Origin: an uncultured Hormoscilla sp.
GTDB taxonomy: Bacteria; Cyanobacteriota; Cyanobacteriia; Cyanobacteriales; Desertifilaceae
Assembly (NCBI GenBank): GCA_963921275.4
Contig: OZ001293.3
Span: forward strand, 2,528,001-2,592,000
Length of the DNA: 64,000 bases
Direction of reading: 5' to 3'
Shown one piece after another: positions 12,133 to 24,759 of this stretch. How positions within the stretch are numbered: position 1 is the first letter of the stretch; each line of letters opens with the position of its first letter. The notes under the pieces were generated by a model, which was given only the letters and a program-made list of their open reading frames with translations, ran no database searches and had not been told where the DNA came from. The position numbers were made by a program, and so were the translations under genes.

Positions 12133-12316
12133 CGGGACTTTGAGATTTTCTCAGGCAAAAAACGGCTTCTTAGCTTACGGGGTGTGGGTTTTACGTCGAA
12201 GGGGATTCATAGGCAGCAAACCCGCTCGCCTGAGTCGAGGGAAACCAGGAAGACCCCACTGTGGCTCTGTGAAAGGGTTTGATGCCATTTTACGCCTATT
12301 TTTTCTCAAAGTCCCG
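12133..12316. mobile_element. 184-bp MITE (IS701-like ends)
   Basis: TIRs CGGGACTTTGAGA; 4-bp duplication CTAA. Confidence 0.8.
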
Positions 12317-12561
12317 CTAAGATTCTCGAAAATCATCATTAGGTAGACGTGATTTTTGTTACGTATTATTATCTACCATGGGCAGCGGAGTCTTGTACTC
12401 GATACTGCCTTTTCTTAAAAATTTAGTCTAAACTCCAGTCACATAGGCTGGGGCCAGATTCACCAGTACTCCGGCTGCGCCCGACCCAGAAACCCGGTTT
12501 TTTAGAAAAATCGGGTTTCTTAATTCAAGCAGATCAAGCCTCCCATACCAGTCTAGCTAGA

Positions 12562-12987
12562 TTAAGCGGTGGCGCGAGATAGCTGTGAAGCTTGGATGCA
12601 ACCGCCCAACCACCTTTCCTCTCCAGCGGGTGCATAACTTGCCCAAACCTCTCCGTTCTCCTTGGCCTGATAAAAGCTAGTGATTCTCGCTTTGGTCGCA
12701 AACCCCATCACTTCAACCTGCACCAGATCTCCAGGACGGAATTGTTTTCCCTCGGAATTAGTCGCCGAGAAAACAATTTTCAGTTCAAATTTCTTTTTTT
12801 CCGATTTTAGCTGCGGTCGCGGCTTCGGTCTGGTAGGTTTCTGTGTCAGAGAAGTTGGTCTCGCTGGTGGCGCGGTAAGCTTCTTCTCTCGTTCAGGCTG
12901 ATTTGCTGCGGTCGGTTTCTGCGCCACTTCAGCGTCAGCATCCGATTGGGGCGGTCTTTTGGGCTTTCTTAAACCAACTATTTCCAT
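12562..12987 (-). CDS. hypothetical protein (basic N-terminus, small C-terminal domain)
   Basis: 141-aa ATG-started ORF. Confidence 0.55.
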   Translation of the reverse strand: MEIVGLRKPKRPPQSDADAEVAQKPTAANQPEREKKLTAPPARPTSLTQKPTRPKPRPQLKSEKKKFELKIVFSATNSEGKQFRPGDLVQVEVMGFATKARITSFYQAKENGEVWASYAPAGEERWLGGCIQASQLSRATA

Positions 12988-13103
12988 GATTGTGCGATCC
13001 TAAATCCTGACTGGGAAAAGCTGGAGACCAATTCATCCTGACCTTGGATATCTCCAGCCTCCTTTATGTTAACAGGCTCGCGATTGGCGGATCAACATGA
13101 AAT

Positions 13104-13190
13104 GTGGTCAGTGGTCAGTGGTCAGTGGTCAGTTGACAGTGGTCAGTTGATAGTGGTCAGTTGTCAATTTTTAATTTTTAATTTTTAATT
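13104..13190 (+). repeat. heptamer tandem repeats (GTGGTCA)n and (TTTTAAT)n
   Basis: direct reading downstream of mnmA. Confidence 0.75.
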
Positions 13191-13191
13191 G

Positions 13192-14244
13192 TCAGTTGCG
13201 ATCGATAATTCCTCCACCCAACACCAGGTCTCCATCGTACCAAACAGCCCCTTGACCCGGAGTAATGCTGAACTGGGGTTCGTCAAACTCTAACCTGACT
13301 CTACTCTTTGCTAAAGGAATTACTGTCACTGGTGCTGCTGGGGAACGATAGCGGATCCGGACTTGGGCCCCAATGGGTCCATCTGGTGCGGATATGGACA
13401 CCCAGTTGACCCTACTTACTGTACAGTGAGAATTTACCGCTTGCTCCCGAGTCCCGACTATCACTCGATTCATGACTGGGTCCAGTCCCGTTACGTACAA
13501 GGGTTCACAGTAGGCTATCCCCAGTCCCTTCCGCTGACCGATCGTATAATGATGAATGCCATTGTGTTGACCCAGTACCTTTCCGGACTGGTCAACGATA
13601 TCCCCTGTCTTCTGATTAATGTATTTGTCTAGGAACGCCTGCATGGAACCATTGGCTTCCACTAGACATAAATCCTGACTTTCTGGCTTATCAGCAGTTA
13701 ACAGTCCCAACTCTGCGGCGATGCGCCTGGTTTTGGTCTTGGGGACTGACCCCAGGGGAAATACTGCCGCTGCCAGCAACTCCTGGGGTAGGTCATACAA
13801 AAAGTAGGACTGGTCTTTGGTCAGGTCCACCGCCCGTTTTAGCTGATAACGTCCATTATCCCGATTATAGCTCACTCGCGCATAATGCCCAGTCGCGATC
13901 GCCTCTATTGACAAATGCGATCTGGCATATGCGAGTATGGGGCCAAACTTGACTGCCTTGTTGCATTGAGAGCAAGGCAGGGGCGTGATGCCGTTGCTAT
14001 AGCCCGATACCAGATAATCTACTATATTAGCCTGGAAGTCTTCCCGGCTATCGACAATATGATGAGGAACACCCAGCTGGGAGCAAATGCGGGCCGCATC
14101 AAGCATTCCCTCAGAGCAACATTGTCCCTTGCCCTTCATCAGCCAGAGGGTGAGACCGACAACTTCGTATCCTTGATGATGTAGGATGGCGGCGGCGGTC
14201 GAACTATCCACCCCACCCGAGAGCCCTACTACTACTTTTTTCAT
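13192..14244 (-). CDS. mnmA: tRNA 2-thiouridine(34) synthase
   Basis: [43 protein letters not shown]. Confidence 0.97.
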   Translation of the reverse strand: MKKVVVGLSGGVDSSTAAAILHHQGYEVVGLTLWLMKGKGQCCSEGMLDAARICSQLGVPHHIVDSREDFQANIVDYLVSGYSNGITPLPCSQCNKAVKFGPILAYARSHLSIEAIATGHYARVSYNRDNGRYQLKRAVDLTKDQSYFLYDLPQELLAAAVFPLGSVPKTKTRRIAAELGLLTADKPESQDLCLVEANGSMQAFLDKYINQKTGDIVDQSGKVLGQHNGIHHYTIGQRKGLGIAYCEPLYVTGLDPVMNRVIVGTREQAVNSHCTVSRVNWVSISAPDGPIGAQVRIRYRSPAAPVTVIPLAKSRVRLEFDEPQFSITPGQGAVWYDGDLVLGGGIIDRN

Positions 14245-14296
14245 GGACCTGCTATACTTTCAAAGGGATCGACTTGAGCTTAAGGTCGAAGAATCT

Positions 14297-14515
14297 GTCA
14301 TTGCGAGGGGGGGATCCCAAAACCGCAACTGTGGTCAGCACCACAGGGAGACTCCCCCCTCGGAACGCGCAGCAGCTCCATCGTGGGTAAGCAGGAGCGC
14401 TCTTCATCTCCTGCTCAGCGTGCGGAGATTGCTTCGCTAGCGCTCGCAACGCTGCGCGTTCCGGGGGGTGTTACTCCTAAAGAACTTGGATATCGTTATT
14501 TAGCTCCCCCCTCGC
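14297..14515. repeat. nested palindromic repeat cluster (GTCATTGCGAG/GAGATTGCTTCG type)
   Basis: shares GTCATTGCGAG and GAGATTGCTTCG..CTCGCAA with 46106-46228; internal IR GGAACGCGCAGC/GCTGCGCGTTCC. Confidence 0.6.
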
Positions 14516-14719
14516 TCCGGAGATATTGGCTGCATTCGCTCAGCGCAGTTCCTGACCCTTCGTAGTATATCTGCTGTAGACTGCTTGCCAGTCGCTGTGT
14601 CTCCCGGTGCTGAGTCTCCTGGTGCTGCATCTCCTGGTCGCTCGATGTTCCCCGGGAGCGCTAACCGCACAAAAGGAGGGACATCGTAGTCGCACTACCC
14701 GAGAGACACAGCAGCGTAA

Positions 14720-15722
14720 GTCGGGGTCGAGCCTATTGTCGCCTCCCGACCCTCCCTTTCGGAACCGTGCATGCGACTGGAGCCGCACACGGCTACTGGG
14801 TAGATAGCCCTTGTCATGGGTAGAATTACTCAGGATTACTCCCTTTGTTCCTTTCCTCATGCAATGGAACCCCTTATGGTTAGTCTCAGACTAGATAAAT
14901 GCCTAACTCCGGAAGGTTCGCGGGGGATAACAGTACCAACCCATATAAACCGCTCTTTACTAACATTTACCTAATTTACTAGGTTCTCCAAGTTTTACCC
15001 GGTTAGGTCTTTAGTCCAAAATTAACTACCTAGGATTTCTCCTGGTCTAGAACATTTAAGGCTACTTTCACCCAAAGATTCTATCTATCACCGACCCACG
15101 TCAGCATATCCATAGGAATTACCCGGCGTCTTCCGCATGCTCTTGTCCTGAAGGACACGGCTGGCGCCGCGCTGCCGCGAACGGCTGGCGCTCCCGCAAG
15201 GGATACGGCATGCTCCAGACACCGCCCAGGCATTAGCTTCTTGGGCCATCTCTCCCCTCGTGGCTTGCGCTTTACATCTAACTTGTCCATATGAGGACAG
15301 CTCACGAGAGGTTACTTCGTTCCCTGATATCATTTCACGATACCTTTAGGCCCCTACTTTCCTCCGGTAGTTATCCGAGTACGATGTTAGCCAAAGTACA
15401 AAACTAACACTAACTACATTGACTTTTGTCTCCGGCGCATAAAGCCTTATTTCGCCGGTTCCCATTTACGAAGTTTACATAGGTTCGCTTATTCTAACCT
15501 TGGGCATCTAACAAGCGCGGAGTCACCGGTTTAGGCTACCAGCTATCCTACATTTGAGTCCTCGCTTAGCACCACGGCGATGTGGCTCCGCAGCACCTCC
15601 GACCGGTGTCACCCCCGTACTTGAAGGGAGGGAATTTAACAATAATGATAATCAGAGTTATCTGGCTAATGGAACCAGACCCGACTTTCACCATTACTGG
15701 CTTATGTCAGAACGAATCGCAC
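14720..15722 (-). mobile_element. ORF-less group II intron (IIB), 1003 nt
   Basis: 5' GTGCGATTCGTTCTG; domain V AGCCGTGTGCGGCTCCAGTCGCATGCACGGTT; domain VI ending CCCCGAC; no RT ORF; collinear with 17867-18733. Confidence 0.88.
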
Positions 15723-15773
15723 GTACTCTTATAGGCTAGCATTTCTGCTGCCGAGAAGATCGGGTGAGGAATA

Positions 15774-15995
15774 ATGAGACCACCAGAAGACGAGAATTTT
15801 TCCCGTTCAGTGCATGGCTGTTTCGGACTGCTAGCCCAATACCTGGTTATTGCTGCGGTGCTTTTTTTTGCCGTGCTGTTTGGAGTGCCCTATTTTTTCC
15901 GGACAACATTTAGTACCCTATTATTCATCTGGATCTTGCTGATGTTCTTTGTCTCCCTGCTATTTTTGCTGAGACTGACTGAAGAGCGGGATTAA
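15774..15995 (+). CDS. small two-TM membrane protein
   Basis: RBS GAGG, 73 aa, two hydrophobic segments. Confidence 0.6.
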   Translation: MRPPEDENFSRSVHGCFGLLAQYLVIAAVLFFAVLFGVPYFFRTTFSTLLFIWILLMFFVSLLFLLRLTEERD

Positions 15996-16588
15996 AAAGC
16001 TGCTAAAATAAATCTGTAGTGCTAGCTTAGAGAACTCCATAAAAAAGATGATCCAATGGTCAAGTTGGTTTACCCGTGATTTCCACAAACCACAAGGCGC
16101 AAATTCGGAAGTCTATAATACTGTTTTTCCAACTCTGCCATTGCCTGCTTTGTCAGTTTCACTCCGGTCTGGTAAACTTTGTCAATCAGCAGGACGACTG
16201 GTTGTTTCCCTTTGAAAGTCAGGGTAGAAGCCAAGTTTAGCACTGTTTCTACACAGGAAAGTCAACTCCCATTCCAGTGCTGTTCTAACCAACCAAAGGT
16301 ACGCTCTACTGGATTGTACTTGCTGTGATACGGGGGATAGTAGGCTAACTGGAGGTTTAGTTGAGACTGATGGGCAAAAGCTGGTAAGGAGAGAATTTAG
16401 AAACCAGGTAACTTCGGCGAAACCTGGTTTATGGGCATATTTTAGTTCACAGGGCACCTCTAAAAATACAGGTATTATTGAGAATACCAACGAAATTAGG
16501 TGGTTTCAAGCTTTGAATATTCGCAATAAGGCAATTAATCGAGGTGCCCCACAATTAAAATAGGATTGCTATAGCTTATGTCATAACT

Positions 16589-16858
16589 TTACCTGTTGAT
16601 ATCGTTGAGTCTTTGCGTTACCAATCTAAGAATATCCACGATCTCCCCTTGGCGGCGATCGAGATTCTCTAATACCCGATAAATGCGAGACTGGTTTTGA
16701 GTGGAATCTGCCATTAAGCTATAGAGTTGGGCCCGATCGCGCTGGTACTCCTGGTGGGATGCTGCTACCCCTGCTCGCAACTCTTGAACTGACTTTGTCA
16801 GCGCTTGGATGGCCTGAAGGTTCGATGAGGCGATCGCTTTTAGCTCTTCGTCTGTCAC
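16589..16858 (-). CDS. small coiled-coil hypothetical protein
   Basis: GAGG upstream of GTG; MTDEELKAIASSNLQAIQAL start typical of a cyanobacterial paralog family. Confidence 0.65.
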   Translation of the reverse strand: MTDEELKAIASSNLQAIQALTKSVQELRAGVAASHQEYQRDRAQLYSLMADSTQNQSRIYRVLENLDRRQGEIVDILRLVTQRLNDINR

Positions 16859-17103
16859 ACCTCTTGTTAGTGCTACTATCGAGCCTGGTAACTATATTAT
16901 ACACCCGGTTTCTGATATCCCTGACCAATGTCCGCTCTTGCGATCGCCGGTGGCCCCTCCAGAGCGTGGCCATAAACCGGGTTGAAGTAGGGGTTGGTGG
17001 GCGGGGTGCCCACTAAACAGAACCTCCTATTCACCGGTGGCGATGCCCGTAGCTTGACCGATGTCCGAGAGGCGATCGCCACCAGTATTATGCTCTAATT
17101 TTG

Positions 17104-17814
17104 TCAGAATCCATCGTAAGCATAAGCCGTCTTAGTCGTAGCATTAAAATTTATCCATCCCACCTGCTTTTGTAAAGCTTGAAACAAATTATTTGCCCCC
17201 GCTACCACAGGAACCGGAAACTGTTCTAATTTATCCTTTTCATTAATACCATTTTTTAAGATATCATAATCAAAGGAAAACTCCCCAACCAAGGGAATTT
17301 CATGGGATTCACCCAATAAATACCAAAAACTTAAACCCGCTTTGACTATTGGTTCTTCCTCAAACTTCAACTTAGCAACTTTGCGGAATATTTCGCGAGA
17401 TTTAAATCCATTAACTATTTCAACTTCCATCCCCTCGTCAAATGGCATCTTCTTTAAACCTGGAAACAGATTTGCTACTTTTTTCAAATCGCTGAGATCG
17501 GGAAGTTTATCTTCATAAACAGATGTTGAATGAGAAAATTTACTGGTGAACTGCGGGATTATATCTTCTTCAAATTTAGTTTTCGTTTTCCCTTCTGCTG
17601 ATGTAGACGCATTTGTATCGAGATACCAAGTCTTACTAGTTTCCTCATGCTTCTGTTTGTTCTGTTTGTCGTCAACCTCACCGCCTTGCTTTTTTACTAA
17701 AAACTCGACTAGATTCCAAAACGCCTTCGATCCTTCTTCTCGATCTTGAAAGCGATCGACTTGGAGCATTAATTTGTATTCTCGCGACGTAATCGGTTGG
17801 TTCGATTGATTCAC
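17104..17814 (-). CDS. hypothetical protein (possibly CYTH-like; may have an internal deletion)
   Basis: GTG after AAGGA; SREYKLML..WYLDT..KFEEDI..EFSFDY. Confidence 0.55.
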   Translation of the reverse strand: MNQSNQPITSREYKLMLQVDRFQDREEGSKAFWNLVEFLVKKQGGEVDDKQNKQKHEETSKTWYLDTNASTSAEGKTKTKFEEDIIPQFTSKFSHSTSVYEDKLPDLSDLKKVANLFPGLKKMPFDEGMEVEIVNGFKSREIFRKVAKLKFEEEPIVKAGLSFWYLLGESHEIPLVGEFSFDYDILKNGINEKDKLEQFPVPVVAGANNLFQALQKQVGWINFNATTKTAYAYDGF

Positions 17815-17866
17815 TGTTTTTTCCTTATTTAATCTGTTATGGTCGGATAATGTGGTGCAGCTCCAA

Positions 17867-18733
<867 letters not shown>

Positions 18734-19383
18734 GGCTAGAAGCATAACCCAAGTCTCTGTTATAGCAACGCGGAGCGTCCTTGTGGAATACGGGTTTGCT
18801 AAAATTATTGCTCAGCCAAGGTTTCAGCGCCGATACCCCAGAATGTTTACACCTAATATAACGTTTCTCAGATAGATGCGCTCGGATCTATGATTGATTA
18901 AGTACGGTAAATTGCGGGTCTCCTTGGGTTTTGGTGATAAGTTAAACTTATATGTACGCAAAATCAAGGCTTTTAGCTTTTTTTATCATTCTAAATTGTA
19001 TCCTGCGATACTATTTACACTATAAACCCAGGAGAGCCAAATTGCAGACCGGATTTTGGTTTCAGCGATTCTACCATAGATCGCAAGGGCAAAGAGATCT
19101 GCTAGATCGGGGATCGCTATAGCAGATCGTGAATCTGTCCCCGATGGTGGGTTTGGTCATTTGGACTGACGATCTAGTCCATGAGACGATCGCCGGTGGC
19201 CCCTCCAGAGCGTGGCCAGAAACCGGTTGAAATAGCGAGTGGTGGGCGGGGCCAGACAGAACAACCGGCAATCATTACACTGACAACCGGATGTAACAGC
19301 AGGCGCAGTCTCGGGAAATCCTACCCCGAAAGTCGCACCACCAGGGGATTTCAGAAAAAGTTGAAAAAAAATTGCCAAAACCC

Positions 19384-19412
19384 TTGACAACGGCAAAAAA
19401 AATATATACGAT
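19384..19412 (+). promoter_or_regulatory. sigma70-type promoter of the rplC operon
   Basis: TTGACA-17 nt-TACGAT, about 320 nt upstream of rplC. Confidence 0.65.
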
Positions 19413-19735
19413 GCTATATTGTCGCCAATAAACGGGAGACAGGACTCTACAGTCCTACCGGTACCCGACGCACAGCAAGGATACTGATCATTGAGAACGA
19501 TGCTTAAGTCCCGGCGCACCAAGCCACAAGCCTATAAGAGGTTGAGGCAGCGAATGTTTGGAGACGCTACCCCATAATTGGAATCGACTTGCAAGCTTGC
19601 CCTGGGGGTAAGCAGCAATAGCAGCCCTAGTGATTGCGAGATATCTTAAATTCACCACCAAGGAAGCCATAGGTAATCCCTAGGTGCTGGTCTTGGTGGA
19701 TTGAACTGTGTAAAAAAAAGGAGACTAAGGTAGTT

Positions 19736-20383
19736 GTGTCAGTAGGAATTCTGGGCACGAAACTTGGCATGACCCAATTGTTTGACATGGAAGAAGGGAT
19801 AGCTATCCCAGTAACCGTGATCCAAGCAGGGCCATGCAAAGTGACGCAAATCAAAACTAAAGAAACTGATGGCTACGTGGCGGTGCAACTCGGCTACAAA
19901 GAAGTGCTGGAGAAGCGGAGCAATAAGCCAGAGATAGGACACGTGAAAAAGGCAGGAGTTGATACGCCGCTGCGTCACCTGCGGGAGTACCGCACGGAGG
20001 GAGTCGATGGCTACGAACTAGGTCAGGAAATTAAAGTGGATATATTTGAGGCCGGTCAAGAGGTAGATGTGATCGGCACGAGTATAGGTAGGGGCTTTGC
20101 TGGCTATCAAAAACGCCATAACTTCCGGCGCGGTCCCATGTCCCACGGTTCCAAAAATCACCGTCTGCCAGGATCGACCGGTGCGGGAACGACTCCAGGT
20201 CGGATATATCCGGGTAAGAGGATGGCAGGACGCAAAGGGGGCGATCGCATCACGATCAAGAAGTTGAAGGTAGTGCGAGCGGATGCAGAACGGGGGTTAC
20301 TGGTGGTCTCGGGGTCAGTGCCCGGTAAACCAGGAACATTGCTGAATATTGTCCCAGCGAAGCTAGTAGGCAAGAAAAAGTAG
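19736..20383 (+). CDS. rplC: 50S ribosomal protein L3
   Basis: [23 protein letters not shown]. Confidence 0.98.
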   Translation: MSVGILGTKLGMTQLFDMEEGIAIPVTVIQAGPCKVTQIKTKETDGYVAVQLGYKEVLEKRSNKPEIGHVKKAGVDTPLRHLREYRTEGVDGYELGQEIKVDIFEAGQEVDVIGTSIGRGFAGYQKRHNFRRGPMSHGSKNHRLPGSTGAGTTPGRIYPGKRMAGRKGGDRITIKKLKVVRADAERGLLVVSGSVPGKPGTLLNIVPAKLVGKKK

Positions 20384-20392
20384 AGGCAGAAA

Positions 20393-21025
20393 ATGGTTAG
20401 TTGTGTAGTCCGAAACTGGGAAGGACAAGAAGTAGGGCAGGAAAATCTAGAATTACGGGTTGCGAAAGAAGAAAATGCAGCTCACATAGTCCACCGGGCC
20501 TTGGTAAGGCAAGTGAATAATGGCCGCCAGGGGACCGCGAGCACGAAAACTCGCGCGGAAGTCAGAGGTGGCGGACGCAAACCTTGGCGTCAAAAGGGCA
20601 CGGGCAGAGCGCGGGCCGGTTCGATCCGATCGCCCCTATGGCGGGGAGGCGGGGTAATATTTGGACCCAAACCCAGAAGCTATGAAACGAAGATGAACCG
20701 CAAAGAGCGGCGTCTGGCCCTGCGGACGGCATATATGAGCCGAGTCGAAGACTTAATTGTAGTAGAAGAGTTCGCCGATCAATTTCCTCAACCAAAGACC
20801 AAAGAATTGGTAGGGGCGATCGCCCGTTGGGGAGTAGAACCAGGAGCGAAAGTGCTATTGATATTGCCAGAGAAATCAGAAATGGTATATCTGTCGGCCA
20901 GGAATATAGCTTGGGTGCGGCTGATCGAGGCAAATCAATTGAATGTCTATGACGTGCTGAATGCCGATAAAATTGTAGTGACCAAAGCAGCCTTGGCAAA
21001 AATTCAGGAGTTGTACGGTGAGTAG
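20393..21025 (+). CDS. rplD: 50S ribosomal protein L4
   Basis: [20 protein letters not shown]. Confidence 0.98.
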   Translation: MVSCVVRNWEGQEVGQENLELRVAKEENAAHIVHRALVRQVNNGRQGTASTKTRAEVRGGGRKPWRQKGTGRARAGSIRSPLWRGGGVIFGPKPRSYETKMNRKERRLALRTAYMSRVEDLIVVEEFADQFPQPKTKELVGAIARWGVEPGAKVLLILPEKSEMVYLSARNIAWVRLIEANQLNVYDVLNADKIVVTKAALAKIQELYGE

Positions 21026-21320
21026 AAGAGACCCAAACGCCCTACCAGATTTAATCAGACGTCCGATCGTCACGGAAAAAGCAACGCGGCTGTTAGAAGA
21101 GAATAAATACACTTTTGAGGTGGACAAGCGGGCCACCAAGCCGGAGATCAAAGCGGCGATCGAAGATTTGTTCGAGGTAAAAGTGGTCAAGGTAAATACC
21201 TTAATCAAACCCCGGAGAAAAAAGAGAGTCGGGAAATTCGTGGGATCTAAAGCCCAATACAAACGGGCAATTGTTACCCTGGCAGAAGAAAATGAAATAG
21301 TCCTGTTCCCAGAAGTATAG
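21018..21320 (+). CDS. rplW: 50S ribosomal protein L23
   Basis: PIVTEKA..YTFEV..ATKPEIK. Confidence 0.97.
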   Translation: MSRRDPNALPDLIRRPIVTEKATRLLEENKYTFEVDKRATKPEIKAAIEDLFEVKVVKVNTLIKPRRKKRVGKFVGSKAQYKRAIVTLAEENEIVLFPEV

Positions 21321-21373
21321 TTAGCGAGGGAGACAGGGGAGATGCCCGGACAGAGCAACTGAGGAGAAAAAAA

Positions 21374-22237
21374 ATGCCAGTTATAAATTATAAACCCTAT
21401 ACTCCTAGTACCCGCGAACACAGCGTATCGGATTTTGCGGAGATTACCCGCAGCGAGCCGGAAAAATCATTGACGCGATCGAAGCATCGTGCGAAAGGAA
21501 GGAATAATCGCGGGGTAATAACCTGTAGACATCGAGGGGGCGGTCACAAGCGACTGTACCGGGAAATAGATTTTAAGCGCAAGAAGCACAACATTCCGGC
21601 AAAAGTAGCAGCAATTGAATACGATCCCAACCGGAATGCCCGGATAGCCCTGCTATATTATGAGGATGGGGAAAAGCGGTATATACTGCACCCCAAAGGA
21701 TTAGAAGTGGGGACGAAGATCGTCTCGGGACCGGAGTCCCCGATCGAAGTAGGGAATGCCTTGCCCCTGGGTAACATGCCCTTGGGAACCAACGTGCATA
21801 ACGTGGAACTGAAACCCGGGCGGGGAGGGCAGATGGTGAGAGCTGCCGGTGCCACAGCCCAGGTAGTGGCAAAAGAAGGAGACTATGTGAGCGTCCGCAT
21901 GCCCTCCGGAGAAGTGCGGATGATCCGACGGGAATGCTACGCCACCATCGGACAAGTGGGTAATGTGGAAGCGAGAAATATTAGCCTGGGGAAAGCAGGT
22001 CGCACGCGCTGGAAAGGACGCCGTCCAGAAGTCAGAGGCAGCGTCATGAACCCGGTGGACCACCCCCATGGTGGTGGAGAAGGTCGGGCCCCGATCGGGA
22101 GAAGCGGTCCCATGACGCCCTGGGGGAAACCAGCTTTGGGTTACAAAACCCGCAAGAAAAAGAAACAAAGTGATGCTTTGATTGTACGCCGTCGCCGGAA
22201 ATCTTCCAAACGCGGTAGAGGTGGTCGGCAAAGTTAA
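21374..22237 (+). CDS. rplB: 50S ribosomal protein L2
   Basis: [25 protein letters not shown]. Confidence 0.98.
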   Translation: MPVINYKPYTPSTREHSVSDFAEITRSEPEKSLTRSKHRAKGRNNRGVITCRHRGGGHKRLYREIDFKRKKHNIPAKVAAIEYDPNRNARIALLYYEDGEKRYILHPKGLEVGTKIVSGPESPIEVGNALPLGNMPLGTNVHNVELKPGRGGQMVRAAGATAQVVAKEGDYVSVRMPSGEVRMIRRECYATIGQVGNVEARNISLGKAGRTRWKGRRPEVRGSVMNPVDHPHGGGEGRAPIGRSGPMTPWGKPALGYKTRKKKKQSDALIVRRRRKSSKRGRGGRQS

Positions 22238-22336
22238 GGGTTAATAACAGAAACCCCCGGACGGGCGTCTGGCCCGTCCGACGAATCTCCGGACAGGCGA
22301 TCGGCCGGTCCGACGTAACTAACAAAGAAAAGAAAA

Positions 22337-22615
22337 ATGTCTCGTTCATTAAAGAAAGGACCGTTCGTAGCAGATCATCTGCTGAGTAAAATAGAAAAGC
22401 TGAACGAAAAAGGCCAAAAGCAAGTGATCAAGACTTGGTCTCGGGCATCGACAATTGTGCCCCAGATGATCGGCCATACGATCGCAGTCCACAATGGCAA
22501 GCAGCACGTGCCAGTGTTTATCAGCGAGCAGATGGTAGGACATAAATTGGGAGAATTTGCCCCAACTCGCACCTTTCGCGGTCATACTAAGGGAGATAAA
22601 AAATCTCGGAGATAG
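22337..22615 (+). CDS. rpsS: 30S ribosomal protein S19
   Basis: [19 protein letters not shown]. Confidence 0.98.
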   Translation: MSRSLKKGPFVADHLLSKIEKLNEKGQKQVIKTWSRASTIVPQMIGHTIAVHNGKQHVPVFISEQMVGHKLGEFAPTRTFRGHTKGDKKSRR

Positions 22616-22723
22616 CAGATAAGGTAGCAAGAAACAGGGTTGATTGTGGTAAAATGTCCAGCAGGAGTTGCTCAAATAAGAGAAACCAGGTTGATATTAG
22701 ACTAGCAAGAAGGAAAAGGGAAA

Positions 22724-23083
22724 ATGGCAATAGAGATGGAATCGGAAACAAAGGCGATCTCGAAATACATCCGCATGTCTCCCCATAAAGTGCGTCGGGT
22801 ACTAGACCAGATTAGAGGACGCTCGTACCAAGATGCGCTAATAATACTGGAGTTTATGCCCTACCGAGCCTGCGAACCGGTGCGAAAAGTAGTGATGTCG
22901 GCAGTAGCAAATGCCGAACATAATCAGGGACTAGACCGGAGGAACTTAGTGATAAGTAAAGCCTATGCAGACGGGGGACCAGCATTGAAACGCTATAGAC
23001 CCCGTGCTCAAGGAAGAGCCTACCAGATTCGCAAGCCAACCTGTCATATTACGGTAGCAGTAGCCCCGCAATTAGAAGACTAG
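22724..23083 (+). CDS. rplV: 50S ribosomal protein L22
   Basis: [17 protein letters not shown]. Confidence 0.98.
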   Translation: MAIEMESETKAISKYIRMSPHKVRRVLDQIRGRSYQDALIILEFMPYRACEPVRKVVMSAVANAEHNQGLDRRNLVISKAYADGGPALKRYRPRAQGRAYQIRKPTCHITVAVAPQLED

Positions 23084-23110
23084 AGATAAGCAAGAGTAAG
23101 AGGTTTCATA

Positions 23111-23848
23111 GTGGGACAGAAAATACATCCAATAGGGTTTCGTCTGGGGGTGACCAAAGAACACCGATCGCGGTGGTATGCTGATGCCAAGCATTATCCA
23201 GACATATTGCAAGAGGACTATAAAATTCGTCAGTACGTAGAAAAAAATCTGAGCAATGCGGGGATCTCGGAAGTACGGATAGAACGGAAAGCAGACCAAA
23301 TAGAATTGGAAGTGCGCACGGCCAGACCAGGTGTAGTGGTAGGTCGGGGAGGAGCCGGTATTGAATCCTTGCGCACGGGATTGCAGGCAGAATTGGGAAG
23401 CAGCGATCGGCAAATCCGGATTAACGTAGTAGAAGTGGCCAGAGTGGATGCCGATGCAGCACTGCTAGCAGAATATATTGCTCAACAACTAGAAAGACGG
23501 GTATCATTTCGCCGGGTAGTCCGTCAAGCTATTCAAAGGGCTCAGCGGGCTAACGTTCAGGGCATTAAAGTTCAAGTCAGTGGGAGATTAAACGGAGCAG
23601 AAATTGCACGGACGGAATGGACACGGGAAGGGAGAGTACCCCTGCATACCTTAAGAGCAGACATTGACTACGCTTACCGCCCAGCCCAGACAATCTATGG
23701 CATCCTGGGAGTGAAAATTTGGGTCTTCAAAGGGGAAATAATTCCCGGACAAGAAGAACTGCAAGCTGCGGCAACACCGCCCCCAGGTGGTCGGAGGCGA
23801 CAACCACGACGCCGTCAGCAATTTGAAGACCGTTCTAATGATGGTTAG
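23111..23848 (+). CDS. rpsC: 30S ribosomal protein S3
   Basis: [22 protein letters not shown]. Confidence 0.98.
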   Translation: MGQKIHPIGFRLGVTKEHRSRWYADAKHYPDILQEDYKIRQYVEKNLSNAGISEVRIERKADQIELEVRTARPGVVVGRGGAGIESLRTGLQAELGSSDRQIRINVVEVARVDADAALLAEYIAQQLERRVSFRRVVRQAIQRAQRANVQGIKVQVSGRLNGAEIARTEWTREGRVPLHTLRADIDYAYRPAQTIYGILGVKIWVFKGEIIPGQEELQAAATPPPGGRRRQPRRRQQFEDRSNDG

Positions 23849-24250
23849 TAAGCAATTCAAAATTCAAAATTCATGCAGGGGGAAAGACATTGAGAACAAG
23901 GAACGAGGGCCAACCGTAGCAATTTAAATGCGCGACAGCTTAGTAGGACTTGTATCGCCTGTCAGTGGTGAAAAGAGTTGATAACTGACAAATCGGTCAG
24001 GGAGAGGGAAAAGGAGAGCACCCAGATGTAGATAGGAGTTTATCTTTTATCTATAATGAGCGCGATAGCTCTGATTATAAGACCGTTATAATGATGGTTA
24101 GTAGCCCTGCAGACAGGGGGATAGCCTGTCAGTGGAGAGAAGAGTTGACAATAGATAAGTAGGTGAGGGATTGGTGAGAGGGAAAAGGAGAGCACTCAGA
24201 TGTAGAGTAGAGTTTATCCCCCATCTATAATGAGCGCGAGCGCTCTCATT
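23827..24250 (+). repeat. diverged direct duplication including the rpsC 3' end
   Basis: AGACCGTT(C/A)TAATGATGGTTAGTA at 23827 and 24080; shared ~120-nt block at about 23957-24076 and 24124-24250. Confidence 0.75.
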
Positions 24251-24338
24251 GGAAGCTGAAAACGGGCAGGCGAGACGCCCTACGGAAACCGGGGCAGGCG
24301 AGACGCCCACCCTACGCAAAAGAAAACGGACAAAGGTT

Positions 24339-24755
24339 ATGTTAAGTCCCAGAAGAACAAAATTCCGCAAGCAACATCGAGGTCGGATGAAGGGAATGGC
24401 CTCAAGTGGGAACAAGATTAACTTCGGCGAGTATGCTTTACAAGCACTCGAACCTCACTGGATTACATCCCGCCAAATTGAGGCAGGTCGCCGTGCTATG
24501 ACCCGTTATATCCGCCGGGGTGGGAAAATCTGGATTAGAATCTTTCCCGATAAACCAGTAACTATGCGCCCCGCAGAAACCCGGATGGGTTCTGGTAAAG
24601 GGAACCCAGAATTTTGGGTAGCAGTAGTGAAGCCCGGACGCATACTCTATGAAATCGCTGGCGTACCAGAAGCAACGGCGAGAGAGGCGATGCGCCTTGC
24701 TTCTCACAAATTGCCGATTAAAACAAAGTTCGTAGTCCGCGAAACGGAGCATTAG
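24339..24755 (+). CDS. rplP: 50S ribosomal protein L16
   Basis: [23 protein letters not shown]. Confidence 0.98.
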   Translation: MLSPRRTKFRKQHRGRMKGMASSGNKINFGEYALQALEPHWITSRQIEAGRRAMTRYIRRGGKIWIRIFPDKPVTMRPAETRMGSGKGNPEFWVAVVKPGRILYEIAGVPEATAREAMRLASHKLPIKTKFVVRETEH

Positions 24756-24759
24756 TACA

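Larger units (their letters stand above)
8883..12439 (-). mobile_element. DDE transposase element (NF041680-like), pseudogene interrupted by an intron and a MITE
   Basis: MIFENLSQFRQAVY..AIFDLMDAVL..LSLSPLFRRQWPSVYEALED..SWALPL..FDAEYG..GKGRPSRKHG; end TTAGTCTAAACTCCAG near 12424-12439. Confidence 0.8.

Noticed and set aside
14490..15741. Host gene restored by splicing of the 14720-15722 intron
   Set aside because: The spliced frame MLAYKSTYAAVSLG stops after 14 codons; downstream PGD repeats suggest at most a decayed gene
16180..16575. Coding region between the two ORF-less introns
   Set aside because: A startless plus-strand frame ending at an element-like end; no recognisable product
19500..19735. 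Missing rpsJ (and rpsN, rpmD, rpsD) as gene loss
   Set aside because: Their absence from this cluster is the normal cyanobacterial arrangement
24249..24338. N-terminal extension of L16
   Set aside because: Translates REP-like repeats; the real start is ATG 24339
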